Positions 8,684 through 17,640 of a stretch of 32,000 nt of DNA are shown one piece after another. This DNA is from Mycolicibacterium smegmatis (GTDB lineage: Bacteria; Actinomycetota; Actinomycetes; Mycobacteriales; Mycobacteriaceae). Location of the stretch: the NCBI RefSeq assembly GCF_001457595.1, contig NZ_LN831039.1, positions 6,090,001 to 6,122,000 of the forward strand, given 5' to 3'. Under the pieces are notes generated by a model, which saw only the letters and a program-made list of their open reading frames with translations, was not told the DNA's origin and made no database searches. Positions within the stretch are counted from its first letter, which is position 1. Each line of letters opens with the position of its first letter. A program made the position numbers and the translations under genes.

Positions 8684-10598
8684 CGAACCACTGCAGCAGA
8701 TCCGGGTTGTCCACGGCGCTGCGGTCGACGACCTTGGCCGGGTCCGCGCCCTGGAAGAGTTTCTTGATGGGCACCTCGAGCTTCTTGCCCGTACGTGTGT
8801 GCGGCACACCGGGTGCGGCGATGATCTCATCGGGCACGTGCCGCGGCGACACCTCGGTGCGGATGGTCGACTTGATCCGATCCCGCAGTTCGTCGGTGAG
8901 TTCGACGCCGTCGGCGAGTACCACGAACAACGGCATCCAGTACCCGCCGTCGGGCTGCTCGGCGCCGATGACGAGGGCCTCGACGATCTCCGGGATGCGT
9001 TCCACGACCTGGTAGATGTCGGCGCTGCCCATCCGGATGCCGTGGCGGTTGAGCGTGGAATCGGAGCGGCCGTGCACCACGATGCTGCCGTGCTCGGTCA
9101 GCGTGATCCAGTCGCCGTGACGCCACACGCCCGGAAACATCTCGAAATACGCGGCCCGGTAACGAGATCCGTCAGGGTCGTTCCAGAAGGCGATGGGCAT
9201 CGAGGGCAGCGGTTTGGTGATCACGAGTTCGCCGACCTCGCCCCGCACGGATTTGCCGTTCTCGTCCCACGCGTCGATGGCGGCTCCGAGGTAGGGCGCA
9301 GAAAGCTCACCGGGCCACACCGGGACCGTGGGCGCCCCGCCGATGAACGCCGAGACAACATCGGTGCCGCCGCTGATCGACGACACCTGTACACGTTCGC
9401 CGACGTTGTCGCGCAACCACAACGCCGATGACGGCGGCAGCGAGGATCCGGTGATGCCGACGACTTTCAGCGCCGAGAGGTCGTGCTCCTTGCGCGGCAC
9501 GGCGCCGGCCTTCGAACACGCCAGCACGTAGCCGGGGCTGGTGCCGAGCACCGTGACCCCGATCTTGGCCGAGACGTCCCACAGCGCATCGGCCTTCGGG
9601 TAGGTGGGGCTGCCGTCGTAGCAGACGATGGTGGCACCCACGAGCAGCCCGGCGACCTGGAAGTTCCACATCATCCAACTCGGGCTGGTGTACCAGAAGA
9701 AGGTGTCGGCGGGGCCGATGTTGTTCTGCAGCGCAACGGCTTTGAGGTGTTCGATGAGGACGCCACCGTGGCCGTGCATGATGCCCTTGGGCAGGCCGGT
9801 GGTGCCCGAGGAGTACAACACCCACAGCGGGTGGTCGAAATCCACCGCGGTGGTGGTGAGTTCGCGCGGGCCGGGCGCGCTCAGCTGTGCCCAGTCCAGC
9901 CAGTCGGGTCGGGCCTCGCCGATCCGCGACACCAGCACCGACGCCTTGAGCGTGGGCAGTCCGTCGCGCAGCGCGGCGATGTCGTCAGCCTTGTCGTGGG
10001 TCTTGCCGGCGAAGTGGTAGCCGTCGGCGGTCACCAGCACCGTGGGTTCGAGTTGGCCGAGGCGGTCGAGCGCGGCCTTGGCGGTGTAGTCCTGTCCGCA
10101 GCCGCTCCAGATCGCACCGATGCTCGCGGTGGCCAGGAACGCGATGATGGCTTCGGGGATGTTCGGCAGGTAGCCCGCCACGCGGTCGCCCGGTTTGACC
10201 CCGAGCGACACCAGGGCGTCGGCGAATGCCGCGGTGCGCCCCAACAGTTCCTTCCAGGAGATGTCGGTGACTGCTCCGCCCTCGGCGACGTAGAGGATCG
10301 CGGGCCGGTCGGTGCGCGCGTTGCGCTTGACCTGGTCGACGTAGTTGAGCTTGGCACCGGGAAACCACCGGGCCCCCGGCATCTCGTCGGTCGTGAGCAC
10401 CTGGTCCGGGCGCTCGCCGAGGTCGAAGTAGTCCCACACGGCCGCCCAGAACGCGCCCGGATCCTCGACCGACCACCGCCACAGCGCCTGGTAGTCGGGC
10501 GCGGAGACCCCTGTGCGGGATTCGACGTAGCGCGCGAAGTCGGTCACCCGCGCCGAATCGATGTCACTCTGCGTCGGTTCCCACTGCGGTGCGGTCAT
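8664..10598 (-). CDS. Acetoacetate--CoA ligase (acetoacetyl-CoA synthetase)
   Basis: Natural start MTAPQWEPTQSDI at 10598 (644 aa). AMP-binding motif LYSSGTTGLPKGIMHGHGG; N-terminal ACAS-like domain WRWSVEDPGAFWAAVWDYF; C-term VPHTRTGKKLEVPIKKLFQG typical of acetoacetyl-CoA synthetases. Confidence 0.9.
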   Translation of the reverse strand: MTAPQWEPTQSDIDSARVTDFARYVESRTGVSAPDYQALWRWSVEDPGAFWAAVWDYFDLGERPDQVLTTDEMPGARWFPGAKLNYVDQVKRNARTDRPAILYVAEGGAVTDISWKELLGRTAAFADALVSLGVKPGDRVAGYLPNIPEAIIAFLATASIGAIWSGCGQDYTAKAALDRLGQLEPTVLVTADGYHFAGKTHDKADDIAALRDGLPTLKASVLVSRIGEARPDWLDWAQLSAPGPRELTTTAVDFDHPLWVLYSSGTTGLPKGIMHGHGGVLIEHLKAVALQNNIGPADTFFWYTSPSWMMWNFQVAGLLVGATIVCYDGSPTYPKADALWDVSAKIGVTVLGTSPGYVLACSKAGAVPRKEHDLSALKVVGITGSSLPPSSALWLRDNVGERVQVSSISGGTDVVSAFIGGAPTVPVWPGELSAPYLGAAIDAWDENGKSVRGEVGELVITKPLPSMPIAFWNDPDGSRYRAAYFEMFPGVWRHGDWITLTEHGSIVVHGRSDSTLNRHGIRMGSADIYQVVERIPEIVEALVIGAEQPDGGYWMPLFVVLADGVELTDELRDRIKSTIRTEVSPRHVPDEIIAAPGVPHTRTGKKLEVPIKKLFQGADPAKVVDRSAVDNPDLLQWFVTQRRK

Positions 10599-11341
10599 CG
10601 CGCGCTCCATCCTCCGTCCATCGTGTACGACGCGCCGGTCACCATGCGTGCCGACGGCGAGGCCAGCCAACCGACCAGCGCGGCAACCTCTTCTGGCTCG
10701 ACCAGTTGCTTGATCGCGCTCTCCTTCAGCAGTACCTGCGCCACCACGTCATCCTCTGGGATGCCGTGGATGCGGGCCTGATCAGCGATCTGTTTGGTGA
10801 CCAACGGTGTCCGAACATACCCGGGGTTGATGCAGTTGCTCGTCACCTGGTGCGGGCCGCCTTCGAGCGCGGTCACCTTGGACAGCCCTTCCAGCGCATG
10901 TTTGGCGGTGACGTAGCCGACCTTGTATTCGGAGGCGCGCAGGCCGTGCACCGACGAGATGTTGACGATGCGGCCGAACCGCTGGCGGTACATGTGTGGC
11001 AGCGCCGCGCGGATGAGCAGGAACGGCGACTCCACCATCAGCGTCATCAGCATCCGGAACCGCTCCGGCGGGAACTCCTCGATCGGGTTGATGCTCTGCA
11101 CACCGGCGTTGTTCACCAGGATGTCGACATCGAGTTCGAGGTCTTCCAGCGCGGCGACGTCGAGAAGATCCACGGCCCACGCCGTTCCGCCCACCTCGGC
11201 GGCCAGCGCGTCGGCACGTTCGGCGTCGATGTCGGCGATGGTGACCGCGGCACCGCGCGCGGCGAGTTCACGCACACACGCCGCACCGATGCCACTGGCC
11301 GCACCTGTCACGAGAGCCTTGCGACCGGCCAGATCCGTCAC
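10595..11341 (-). CDS. 3-hydroxybutyrate dehydrogenase (SDR family)
   Basis: 248 aa; TGAASGIGAA cofactor motif, NNAGVQ, YVTAKHALEG; IHGIPEDDVVAQVLLKESAIKQLVEPEEVA matches D-beta-hydroxybutyrate dehydrogenases. ATGA overlap with the acetoacetyl-CoA synthetase start. Confidence 0.85.
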   Translation of the reverse strand: MTDLAGRKALVTGAASGIGAACVRELAARGAAVTIADIDAERADALAAEVGGTAWAVDLLDVAALEDLELDVDILVNNAGVQSINPIEEFPPERFRMLMTLMVESPFLLIRAALPHMYRQRFGRIVNISSVHGLRASEYKVGYVTAKHALEGLSKVTALEGGPHQVTSNCINPGYVRTPLVTKQIADQARIHGIPEDDVVAQVLLKESAIKQLVEPEEVAALVGWLASPSARMVTGASYTMDGGWSAR

Positions 11342-12666
11342 GCGCGCACCCGTTCCACGTCGGCCGCGTCGATGTCGGCCAGGTCGATGCCCTTGGTCTC
11401 ACGCGCGGCGATCACCGAAACGAGGGTCACGAGCGCGGCGAGCGCGAGGTAGATCGCGATCGGCACCGACGAGTCGAACGTCTTCAGCAACCACACCGCG
11501 ATGATCGGAGCCAACGATCCCGCGACGATCGAGGTGACCTGATAGCCAAGGGACACACCCGAATACCGCATGCGCGTCGGGAACATCTCCGCCATGATGG
11601 CCGGCTGCGGCGCGTACATGAGGGCGTGGATCACCAGGCCGAGGATCACCGCGAGGGTGACGATCGCGTACTGGCCGGTGTCCATCATCGGGTAGGCGAA
11701 GAAACCCCACACCATCGCGAGGACCGCTCCGAGGAAGTACACCGGACGCCTGCCGAAGCGGTCCGAGAGCCGGCCCACGGTGGGGACCGCGAGGAAGTGC
11801 ACGGCGTGCGCGATCAGCAAGTACCACAAGATCCGGTTGGTATCCACGTGCACGCGCTGCGCGAGATACGTGATCGTGAACGTGACCACCAGGTAGTACA
11901 TGATGTTCTCGCCGAACCGCAGGCCCATCGCGGTGATCACGCCACGCGGGTAGAGCTTGAGCACCTCGATGGCGTTGAACGAGCTGGCCTTGATGCGCTC
12001 GGCCTCCTGTTGCGCTGCAACGAAGATCGGCGCGTCGGTGACCTTGGTGCGGATGTAGTAGCCGATCAGCACGACCACGGCCGACAGCCAGAACGCCACG
12101 CGCCAGCCCCAGGACAGGAACGCCGCGTCGGACAGGAGACCGTTGAGCACCAGCAGCACGATGGTGGCCAGCATGTTGCCGACCGGCACGCCGGCCTGCG
12201 GCCAACTCGCCCAGAACCCGCGGCTGGGGTTCGGGCTGTGCTCGGCGACGAGCAGCACCGCACCGCCCCATTCGCCGCCGACCGCGAAGCCCTGGATGAA
12301 CCGCAGGATCACCAGCAGGGTCGGCGCGAGGTAACCGATCTGTCCGAACGTGGGCAGGCAGCCCATCAGGAACGTCGCGGCGCCCACCAGCAGCAGCGAG
12401 AACTGCAGCAGTTTCTTGCGGCCGAACTTGTCGCCGTAGTGGCCGAACACGATGCCGCCGAGTGGGCGGGCGATGAAGCCGACGGCGTAGGTGACGAAGG
12501 CCGCGAGGATCGCGTCGAGGGCGTCGCCGCCCTGCGCGAAGAACACCTTGTTGAAGACCAGCGTGGCAGCAGTCCCGTACAGGAAGAACTCGTACCACTC
12601 GACCACCGTGCCGGCCATCGATGCGACGACGACGCGGCGGAGGCCGGTCGGGACGGGTGCGCTCAT
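11338..12666 (-). CDS. MFS transporter (metabolite:H+ symporter / MHS family-like)
   Basis: Natural start MSAPVPTGLRRVVVASMAGTVVEWYEFFLYGTAA (442 aa). Motifs FGHYGDKFGRKKLL and GRLSDRFGRRPVYF; 12-TM pattern. Stop overlaps the dehydrogenase start. Confidence 0.88.
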   Translation of the reverse strand: MSAPVPTGLRRVVVASMAGTVVEWYEFFLYGTAATLVFNKVFFAQGGDALDAILAAFVTYAVGFIARPLGGIVFGHYGDKFGRKKLLQFSLLLVGAATFLMGCLPTFGQIGYLAPTLLVILRFIQGFAVGGEWGGAVLLVAEHSPNPSRGFWASWPQAGVPVGNMLATIVLLVLNGLLSDAAFLSWGWRVAFWLSAVVVLIGYYIRTKVTDAPIFVAAQQEAERIKASSFNAIEVLKLYPRGVITAMGLRFGENIMYYLVVTFTITYLAQRVHVDTNRILWYLLIAHAVHFLAVPTVGRLSDRFGRRPVYFLGAVLAMVWGFFAYPMMDTGQYAIVTLAVILGLVIHALMYAPQPAIMAEMFPTRMRYSGVSLGYQVTSIVAGSLAPIIAVWLLKTFDSSVPIAIYLALAALVTLVSVIAARETKGIDLADIDAADVERVRA

Positions 12667-12800
12667 CAGCGACTCCTCGGCGTGAATACGGCGGGCTATG
12701 GCATGGGTCATGCCACGTGGGCGCTGTGACACCCACGACAGCTCTCGTGAGTATTCCTGCACGGGAGACCTGCCCGCAATGCCCACCGATGCACCTTCTG

Positions 12801-12816
12801 TCTGCAAAAATGCAGA
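12801..12816. promoter_or_regulatory. Candidate LysR-type operator
   Basis: Perfect inverted repeat TCTGCA-AAAA-TGCAGA at the 5' end of the lysR gene, near the divergent promoter region. Confidence 0.4.
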
Positions 12817-12817
12817 A

Positions 12818-13729
12818 ATGGCTGATGCGCCTGCGTCGCGCCGTCCCAGCGCCGATGACCTCCTGGTGTTGCTCGCGGTCGGGCGCACGGGCCGCTACAC
12901 CACCGCAGCCGACGAACTCGGCATCAACCACACGACCATCTCGCGACGCATCGCCGCGCTCGAGGAGGCACTCGGCGGCCGTGTGCTGACCCGCGGTGCG
13001 GGCGGCTGGGAGCTCACCGATCTGGGGCGCGACGCCCTTGCGGCCGCCGAGACCGTCGAGGCCGCCGTGACCTCCCTGGCCGCCGATCGGCGTCGGCAGC
13101 TCGAGGGCGTCGTGCGGATCTCGGCGACCGACGGGTTCAGCGCCTACATCGCCGCGCCGGCCGCTGCGCAGGTGCAGCGTGAACACCCGCGCATCGCCGT
13201 CGAACTCGTGGCGACGACGCGCCGCGCGTCACAGCAACGCACGAGCCTCGATCTGGAGATCGTGGTGGGCGCGCCACAGGTGCGCCGCGCCGAGGCGATC
13301 CGGCTCGGCGACTACTGCCTGGGCCTCTACGGTGCGCGCGACTACCTGGCCGAGCACGGGACACCGGAGAGCGTCGCCGACCTCGAGCGGTACCCGCTCG
13401 TCTACTTCATCGACTCGATGCTGCAGGTCGACGACCTCGACCTGGCGCCCGCCTTCGCGCCGGCCATGCACGAGTCGGTCACGTCGACCAACGTGTTCGT
13501 CCACGTCGAGGCCACCCGTGCGTCGGCCGGGATCGGACTTCTGCCGTGTTTCATGGCCGACCGCCACGACGATCTGGTACGCGTCCTGCCCGAGACCGTC
13601 TCGGTGCGCCTGAGTTACTGGCTGGTGGCGCGCGCCGAGACCCTGCGCCGCCCGGTGGTCGCCGTTGTGGTCGACGCGATCCGCGACCGGATGGCCGATC
13701 AGCGCGATGTACTTCTGGGCGTCCGATAA
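12818..13729 (+). CDS. LysR family transcriptional regulator
   Basis: N-terminal HTH DDLLVLLAVGRTGRYTTAADELGINHTTISRRIAALEEALGGRVLTR. Start could be ATG 12818 (303 aa) or ATG 12779 (gggag upstream). Confidence 0.87.
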   Translation: MADAPASRRPSADDLLVLLAVGRTGRYTTAADELGINHTTISRRIAALEEALGGRVLTRGAGGWELTDLGRDALAAAETVEAAVTSLAADRRRQLEGVVRISATDGFSAYIAAPAAAQVQREHPRIAVELVATTRRASQQRTSLDLEIVVGAPQVRRAEAIRLGDYCLGLYGARDYLAEHGTPESVADLERYPLVYFIDSMLQVDDLDLAPAFAPAMHESVTSTNVFVHVEATRASAGIGLLPCFMADRHDDLVRVLPETVSVRLSYWLVARAETLRRPVVAVVVDAIRDRMADQRDVLLGVR

Positions 13730-13823
13730 CGTTTCTCACCACATGCCGGATGAGATCTCGTACCACACCGCGGGACGCCTCGAAACCCTTGCGGTCGCGG
13801 CGCGACATTGCTGCAGTAATGAC

Positions 13824-14594
13824 ATGCCCTTCGTCGAGCACCCGCGCGGACGCGCCTACTACCGGCACTGGCCGGCTCCCGAACCGCGCGCGGCGGTGAT
13901 CTTCCTGCACGGGTTCGGGGAGCACACGGGTCTGTACCACCGCTACGGCTTCACGCTGAACGCCGCGGGTATCGACCTGTGGGTCGTCGACCAGTTCGGG
14001 CACGGTCTCACGCCGGGTACGCGTGGGGACTTCGGCAAGATCGAGGACAGCTCGGCGCTGGCCGAGGCGTTGACCGTGCTGGCCGAGAAGCAGAATCCAG
14101 GGCTGCCGCTGATCGCGCAGGGACATTCGTTCGGCTCGGTGGTCACCCTGTTCCGCCTGCTCGCCGAGCCTGACCGGTACCGGGCCGGCATCATCTCCGG
14201 CGCACCACTGGTGCCGATTCCCGACATGCTCGACGCCGACACGTCTTTGGACCTGGACCTGAACTGGCTGTCGAGCGACCCGTTCTACCGTGACTCGCTC
14301 GAGAACGATCCGCTGGCGTTCTCCGACGCCGACGCCGCACCACTGACGCGCGAACTGGACCGCGCCTGGGACCGGTTCGGGCTGGAGCTGCCCCAACTGA
14401 CGGTACCGACGCTCGCGGTGCACGGCTCGGCCGACGTGATCGCGCCGGTCGACGCCGTGCGTGCCTACGCCGAGCAGATAGAGCCCTTGCAACTCAAGGA
14501 GTTCCACGGCGCCCGCCACGATGTTCTCAACGAGTCGGTGCACCGCGAGGTGGCCGCGACGGTCGTGAAGTTCATCTCGTCACAGATCGGCTGA
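13824..14594 (+). CDS. Alpha/beta hydrolase, lysophospholipase / monoacylglycerol lipase-like
   Basis: MPFVEHPRGRAYYRHWPAPEPRAAVIFLHGFGEHTGLYHRYG, GHSFGS nucleophile elbow, VHGSADVIAP acid region, GARHDVLNE His region: Hydrolase_4 architecture. Confidence 0.82.
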   Translation: MPFVEHPRGRAYYRHWPAPEPRAAVIFLHGFGEHTGLYHRYGFTLNAAGIDLWVVDQFGHGLTPGTRGDFGKIEDSSALAEALTVLAEKQNPGLPLIAQGHSFGSVVTLFRLLAEPDRYRAGIISGAPLVPIPDMLDADTSLDLDLNWLSSDPFYRDSLENDPLAFSDADAAPLTRELDRAWDRFGLELPQLTVPTLAVHGSADVIAPVDAVRAYAEQIEPLQLKEFHGARHDVLNESVHREVAATVVKFISSQIG

Positions 14595-14607
14595 GTCAGA
14601 CGCTCCG

Positions 14608-15897
14608 TCAAGCCGGCGTGTACTCGATGTGCAGCTTGGTGAGACCGCGCAGCAGGAACGTCGGCTCATACGCATAGGTTCGGCTGTCGGCCGGGCCGTG
14701 CCGTGTGGCGTCGATCCTGATGTCCCGCAGACGATCCAGCATGCGCCGCACGGTGATCTGGCCCTCGACACGCGCCAGCGGCGCGCCGGCACAGGTGTGG
14801 ATGCCACGGCCGAACGCGATGTGCTCGCGGACGTTCGGCCGGTCGATGCGGAACTCGTGCGGATCCTCGAACTTGCGCGGATCGCGGTTGGCCGCACCCA
14901 GGCACAGCATGAGGACCGTGCCGGCCTTGATCTCCACGCCGCCGAGCGTCGTGGTCTTGCGCGCCAACCGGAAGTCGACCTTGGTCGGGCTCTGAGTGCG
15001 CAGCGCCTCCTCGATGAACACCGGGATCAGGTCCGGTTCCTTGCGCAATCGCTCCTGGAACTCGGGACGTTCGGCGAGCGTCTGCACGGCCGAACTCAGC
15101 AGTTTGGTGACGGTTTCCTGCCCGGCCGCGAACAGGAACGTCGCGGGTTTGACGACCTCCATCAGATCCGGCGTCGAACCGTCCGGGTACGTCGCGGTGG
15201 CCATGCCGGAGAGCACATCGCCGCGCGGTTCGCGACGGCGCTCGGCCAGATAGCCCGCGAACTTGCAGTCGAGATACTGCAGCGGGTCGAGACCGACGGG
15301 CTCGCCGTCGAGCGCGCCCACGCGCGCGCCTTCACGCGGTGCGGCGCCCAGCGCCTCCAGGAACTCCGCACGGTCCTCCTCGGGAACACCGAGCAGGTCG
15401 ATGATCGCCGACGTCGCAAAGGGTTTGGCGTACTCCGAGAGGAACTCGCAGCGGCCCTCGTCCGCTTGGTTGCCGATGATCGCATCGAGTTGGCGGTCCA
15501 CGAGTTGCCACATGAAATCCTCGTTCTCCTTGAGGCGACGAGGGGTGAGCAGCTTGGAGAGCAGTGAGCGAGCGCGTTCGTGCGCAGGCGGATCCATGAC
15601 CACCATGTGCTCGTGGATCGGGAACAGGTGCCGGTGCGCCTCGATCTGCTCGGTGATGTCGTCACCTTCCGGCGTGAACGGCAACGGCGGGAACGGCCCG
15701 CCGATCGCGTTGACCGCCGAAAACGAATCATGGTCCTTGAAGGCCGCCATCACCTCCTGATAACCCGTGACCGCGACGACGCCGTAGTGCGGTTCGGTGG
15801 TCACCGGTCCGCGGCTGCGCAGGAAGTCGTAGTACTCGTAGGGATCCTGCGCGACGGCCGGGTCGGAGAAGTAGTCGACAGAGGCGAGATCGGTCAT
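14608..15897 (-). CDS. Cytochrome P450
   Basis: 429 aa from MTDLASVDYFSDP. I-helix FAAGQETVTKLL, ExxR EEALRTQSPTKV, heme-binding IAFGRGIHTCAGAPLARVEG. Confidence 0.94.
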   Translation of the reverse strand: MTDLASVDYFSDPAVAQDPYEYYDFLRSRGPVTTEPHYGVVAVTGYQEVMAAFKDHDSFSAVNAIGGPFPPLPFTPEGDDITEQIEAHRHLFPIHEHMVVMDPPAHERARSLLSKLLTPRRLKENEDFMWQLVDRQLDAIIGNQADEGRCEFLSEYAKPFATSAIIDLLGVPEEDRAEFLEALGAAPREGARVGALDGEPVGLDPLQYLDCKFAGYLAERRREPRGDVLSGMATATYPDGSTPDLMEVVKPATFLFAAGQETVTKLLSSAVQTLAERPEFQERLRKEPDLIPVFIEEALRTQSPTKVDFRLARKTTTLGGVEIKAGTVLMLCLGAANRDPRKFEDPHEFRIDRPNVREHIAFGRGIHTCAGAPLARVEGQITVRRMLDRLRDIRIDATRHGPADSRTYAYEPTFLLRGLTKLHIEYTPA

Positions 15898-15928
15898 GCT
15901 GAAAGGCCTTTCGTGCCCGGACACGCGT

Positions 15929-15950
15929 AGTTTGATCGACTGATCAAACT
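15929..15950. promoter_or_regulatory. Candidate TetR operator, copy 1
   Basis: Perfect inverted repeat AGTTTGATC-GACT-GATCAAACT between the P450 start (15897) and the TetR gene. Confidence 0.62.
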
Positions 15951-16037
15951 GTTAGGATGGGTCATGCTTATCACGCCTCGGACCGAGCGGTCAAGAGTCG
16001 TAGTCGGTTCACATCGACTGGCACGCAAGGACTCTCG

Positions 16038-16646
16038 GTGGCCCGCGTGGTGAAGGCAGGTCCGAGGACCGCCAAGGACAAGGATGCGGGCACACGGCAG
16101 CGTCTCATCGAGGCGACCGCTCAGGTGATCCGCGACGAGGGCTACGCGGCCGCGACCACGCGCCGCATCGCCGCGCAGGCCGGCGTCCGATCGGCGTTGG
16201 TGTACTACTACTTCGACACTCTCGACGACCTCTACATCGCGGTGCTGCGCAACGGTGCCGACGTCGCGCTGGAGCGGATGCGCGAAGCGGTCGCGGCCGA
16301 CGACCCGCTGCGTGCCCTGTGGCTGCTGAACTCCGACGCCCGCCTCTCGGTGCTCAACACCGAGTTCATGGCACTTGCCAACCACCGCAAGACGATCGGG
16401 GCCGAACTCAAGGCGTACTCGGAGCGCGTGCGCGACATCGAGACCACGGCCGTGGCAATGGTGATGCGCACGCACGGCATCGACACCGAGCAGTACCCGC
16501 CGGTCGTGATGTCGATGTTGCTCACGCAGTCGGCGCGCAGCCTGTCGAACGAGGAGGCGGTCGGCGTGACGCAGGGCCACGCCGAGTTCCGCGCCTTCGT
16601 CGATCAGATACTGCAACGCTTCACACCCACCGAGCCGGCTACTTGA
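16038..16646 (+). CDS. TetR family transcriptional regulator
   Basis: TRQRLIEATAQVIRDEGYAAATTRRIAAQAGVRSALVYYYFDTLDDLYIAVL HTH. Start uncertain (ORF open from 15957; GTG 16038 gives 202 aa). Confidence 0.85.
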   Translation: MARVVKAGPRTAKDKDAGTRQRLIEATAQVIRDEGYAAATTRRIAAQAGVRSALVYYYFDTLDDLYIAVLRNGADVALERMREAVAADDPLRALWLLNSDARLSVLNTEFMALANHRKTIGAELKAYSERVRDIETTAVAMVMRTHGIDTEQYPPVVMSMLLTQSARSLSNEEAVGVTQGHAEFRAFVDQILQRFTPTEPAT

Positions 16647-17478
16647 GCATGCTCCCCGCGTCGACCGTCATCGGCAGACCCGTCACGTAGCGCGCCTCGT
16701 CGGATGCCAGGAACAGCACCGCGTTGCTGATGTCGCGCGGCTCGACCCAGCCGACCGGCAGGACGTGCATCATCTGCGCCACGACGGCCATGTCGTCGGG
16801 ACCCGGGTTCTCCAGATCCGGACGGAACAGTTTCATGGTGCCCTCGTTCATGAACAGCGGCGTGTTGACGTTCGTGGGGTGCACCGAGTTCACCCGGATC
16901 GAGTGCTGCCCCAGTTCGACCGCGAAGGTCCGCATCAGGCCCACCACGCCGTGCTTGGCGGCGATGTAGTGGCCGGTGTGCGGATAGGCCTTGAGTCCGC
17001 CGACCGAGCTGGTGAGGATGATCGACCCGCCGTTGCCGCCGGAGATCAGTTGCGGCACAGCGGCTTTCACGGTCTTCCAGACGCCGGACAGGTTCACGCC
17101 GATCATGTCGTCCCAATCGGCCTCGCTGGTCTTGTCCAGCGTCGCACCGCCGTTGCCGATGCCGGCGTTGGCGACCACGATGTCGAGGCCGCCGAGCTGT
17201 TCGACGCCGCTGTCCACGACGGCCTTGAGCGCGTCGTAGTCACGCACGTCGACTTCCTCGGCGACGATCCGGCGATTGAGGCCTTTGACCAGTTCGACGG
17301 TTTCCGCCAGGTCTTCGGGTGTCGACGCCGGGATGTCCTCATTGGAGCTGATCCGTCGGCAGACGTCGACCGCGATGATGTCGGCGCCCTCCTCAGCCAG
17401 CCGCACCGCGTGACTGCGCCCCTGACCGCGCGCCGCGCCCGTGATGAAGGCGACCTTGCCCTCGACCCTGCCTGCCAT
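16639..17478 (-). CDS. Mycofactocin-coupled SDR family oxidoreductase
   Basis: 279 aa; VEGKVAFITGAARGQGRSHAVRLAEEGADIIAVDVC plus the characteristic insertion before IVAEEVDVRDYDAL, NAG motif VVANAGIG, YIAAKHG, VDAGSMLK: matches the mycofactocin-associated (carveol-dehydrogenase-like) SDR subfamily. Confidence 0.85.
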   Translation of the reverse strand: MAGRVEGKVAFITGAARGQGRSHAVRLAEEGADIIAVDVCRRISSNEDIPASTPEDLAETVELVKGLNRRIVAEEVDVRDYDALKAVVDSGVEQLGGLDIVVANAGIGNGGATLDKTSEADWDDMIGVNLSGVWKTVKAAVPQLISGGNGGSIILTSSVGGLKAYPHTGHYIAAKHGVVGLMRTFAVELGQHSIRVNSVHPTNVNTPLFMNEGTMKLFRPDLENPGPDDMAVVAQMMHVLPVGWVEPRDISNAVLFLASDEARYVTGLPMTVDAGSMLK

Positions 17479-17498
17479 CGCAACCCTTTCGCGCCTAA

Positions 17499-17516
17499 TT
17501 TGATCGAACGATCAAA
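17499..17516. promoter_or_regulatory. Candidate TetR operator, copy 2
   Basis: Perfect inverted repeat TTTGATCG-AA-CGATCAAA immediately upstream of the SDR start (17478); same half-site as the 15929-15950 element. Confidence 0.62.
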
Positions 17517-17593
17517 CACTGACATCGAACTGGGAACTTGTCAATCAGATTCTTGATCGACCGGTCAGCTCGCTCTCGCGCGGCAGATACGAA

Positions 17594-17625
17594 ACTGGGC
17601 CCCACCCTTCCGGATGGGGCCCAGT
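17594..17625 (-). terminator. GC-rich hairpin downstream of the secreted protein gene
   Basis: ACTGGGCCCCA-cccttccgga-TGGGGCCCAGT, 11-bp perfect stem just past the stop at 17641 (minus strand). Confidence 0.55.
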
Positions 17626-17640
17626 GCCATGAAGCGCCGA

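Noticed and set aside
9483-10781. 432-aa plus-strand ORF opposite the acetoacetyl-CoA synthetase
   Set aside because: Antisense shadow; no motif, no plausible start context.
12734-12749. CACGA-N6-TCGTG inverted repeat in the MFS-lysR spacer
   Set aside because: Only 5-bp arms and GC-rich; weaker than the TCTGCA palindrome and likely chance, though within the regulatory region.
11399-13186. 595-aa minus-strand ORF overlapping MFS and lysR genes
   Set aside because: Frame-shifted shadow of the MFS gene (Arg/Pro-rich); no recognisable domain.
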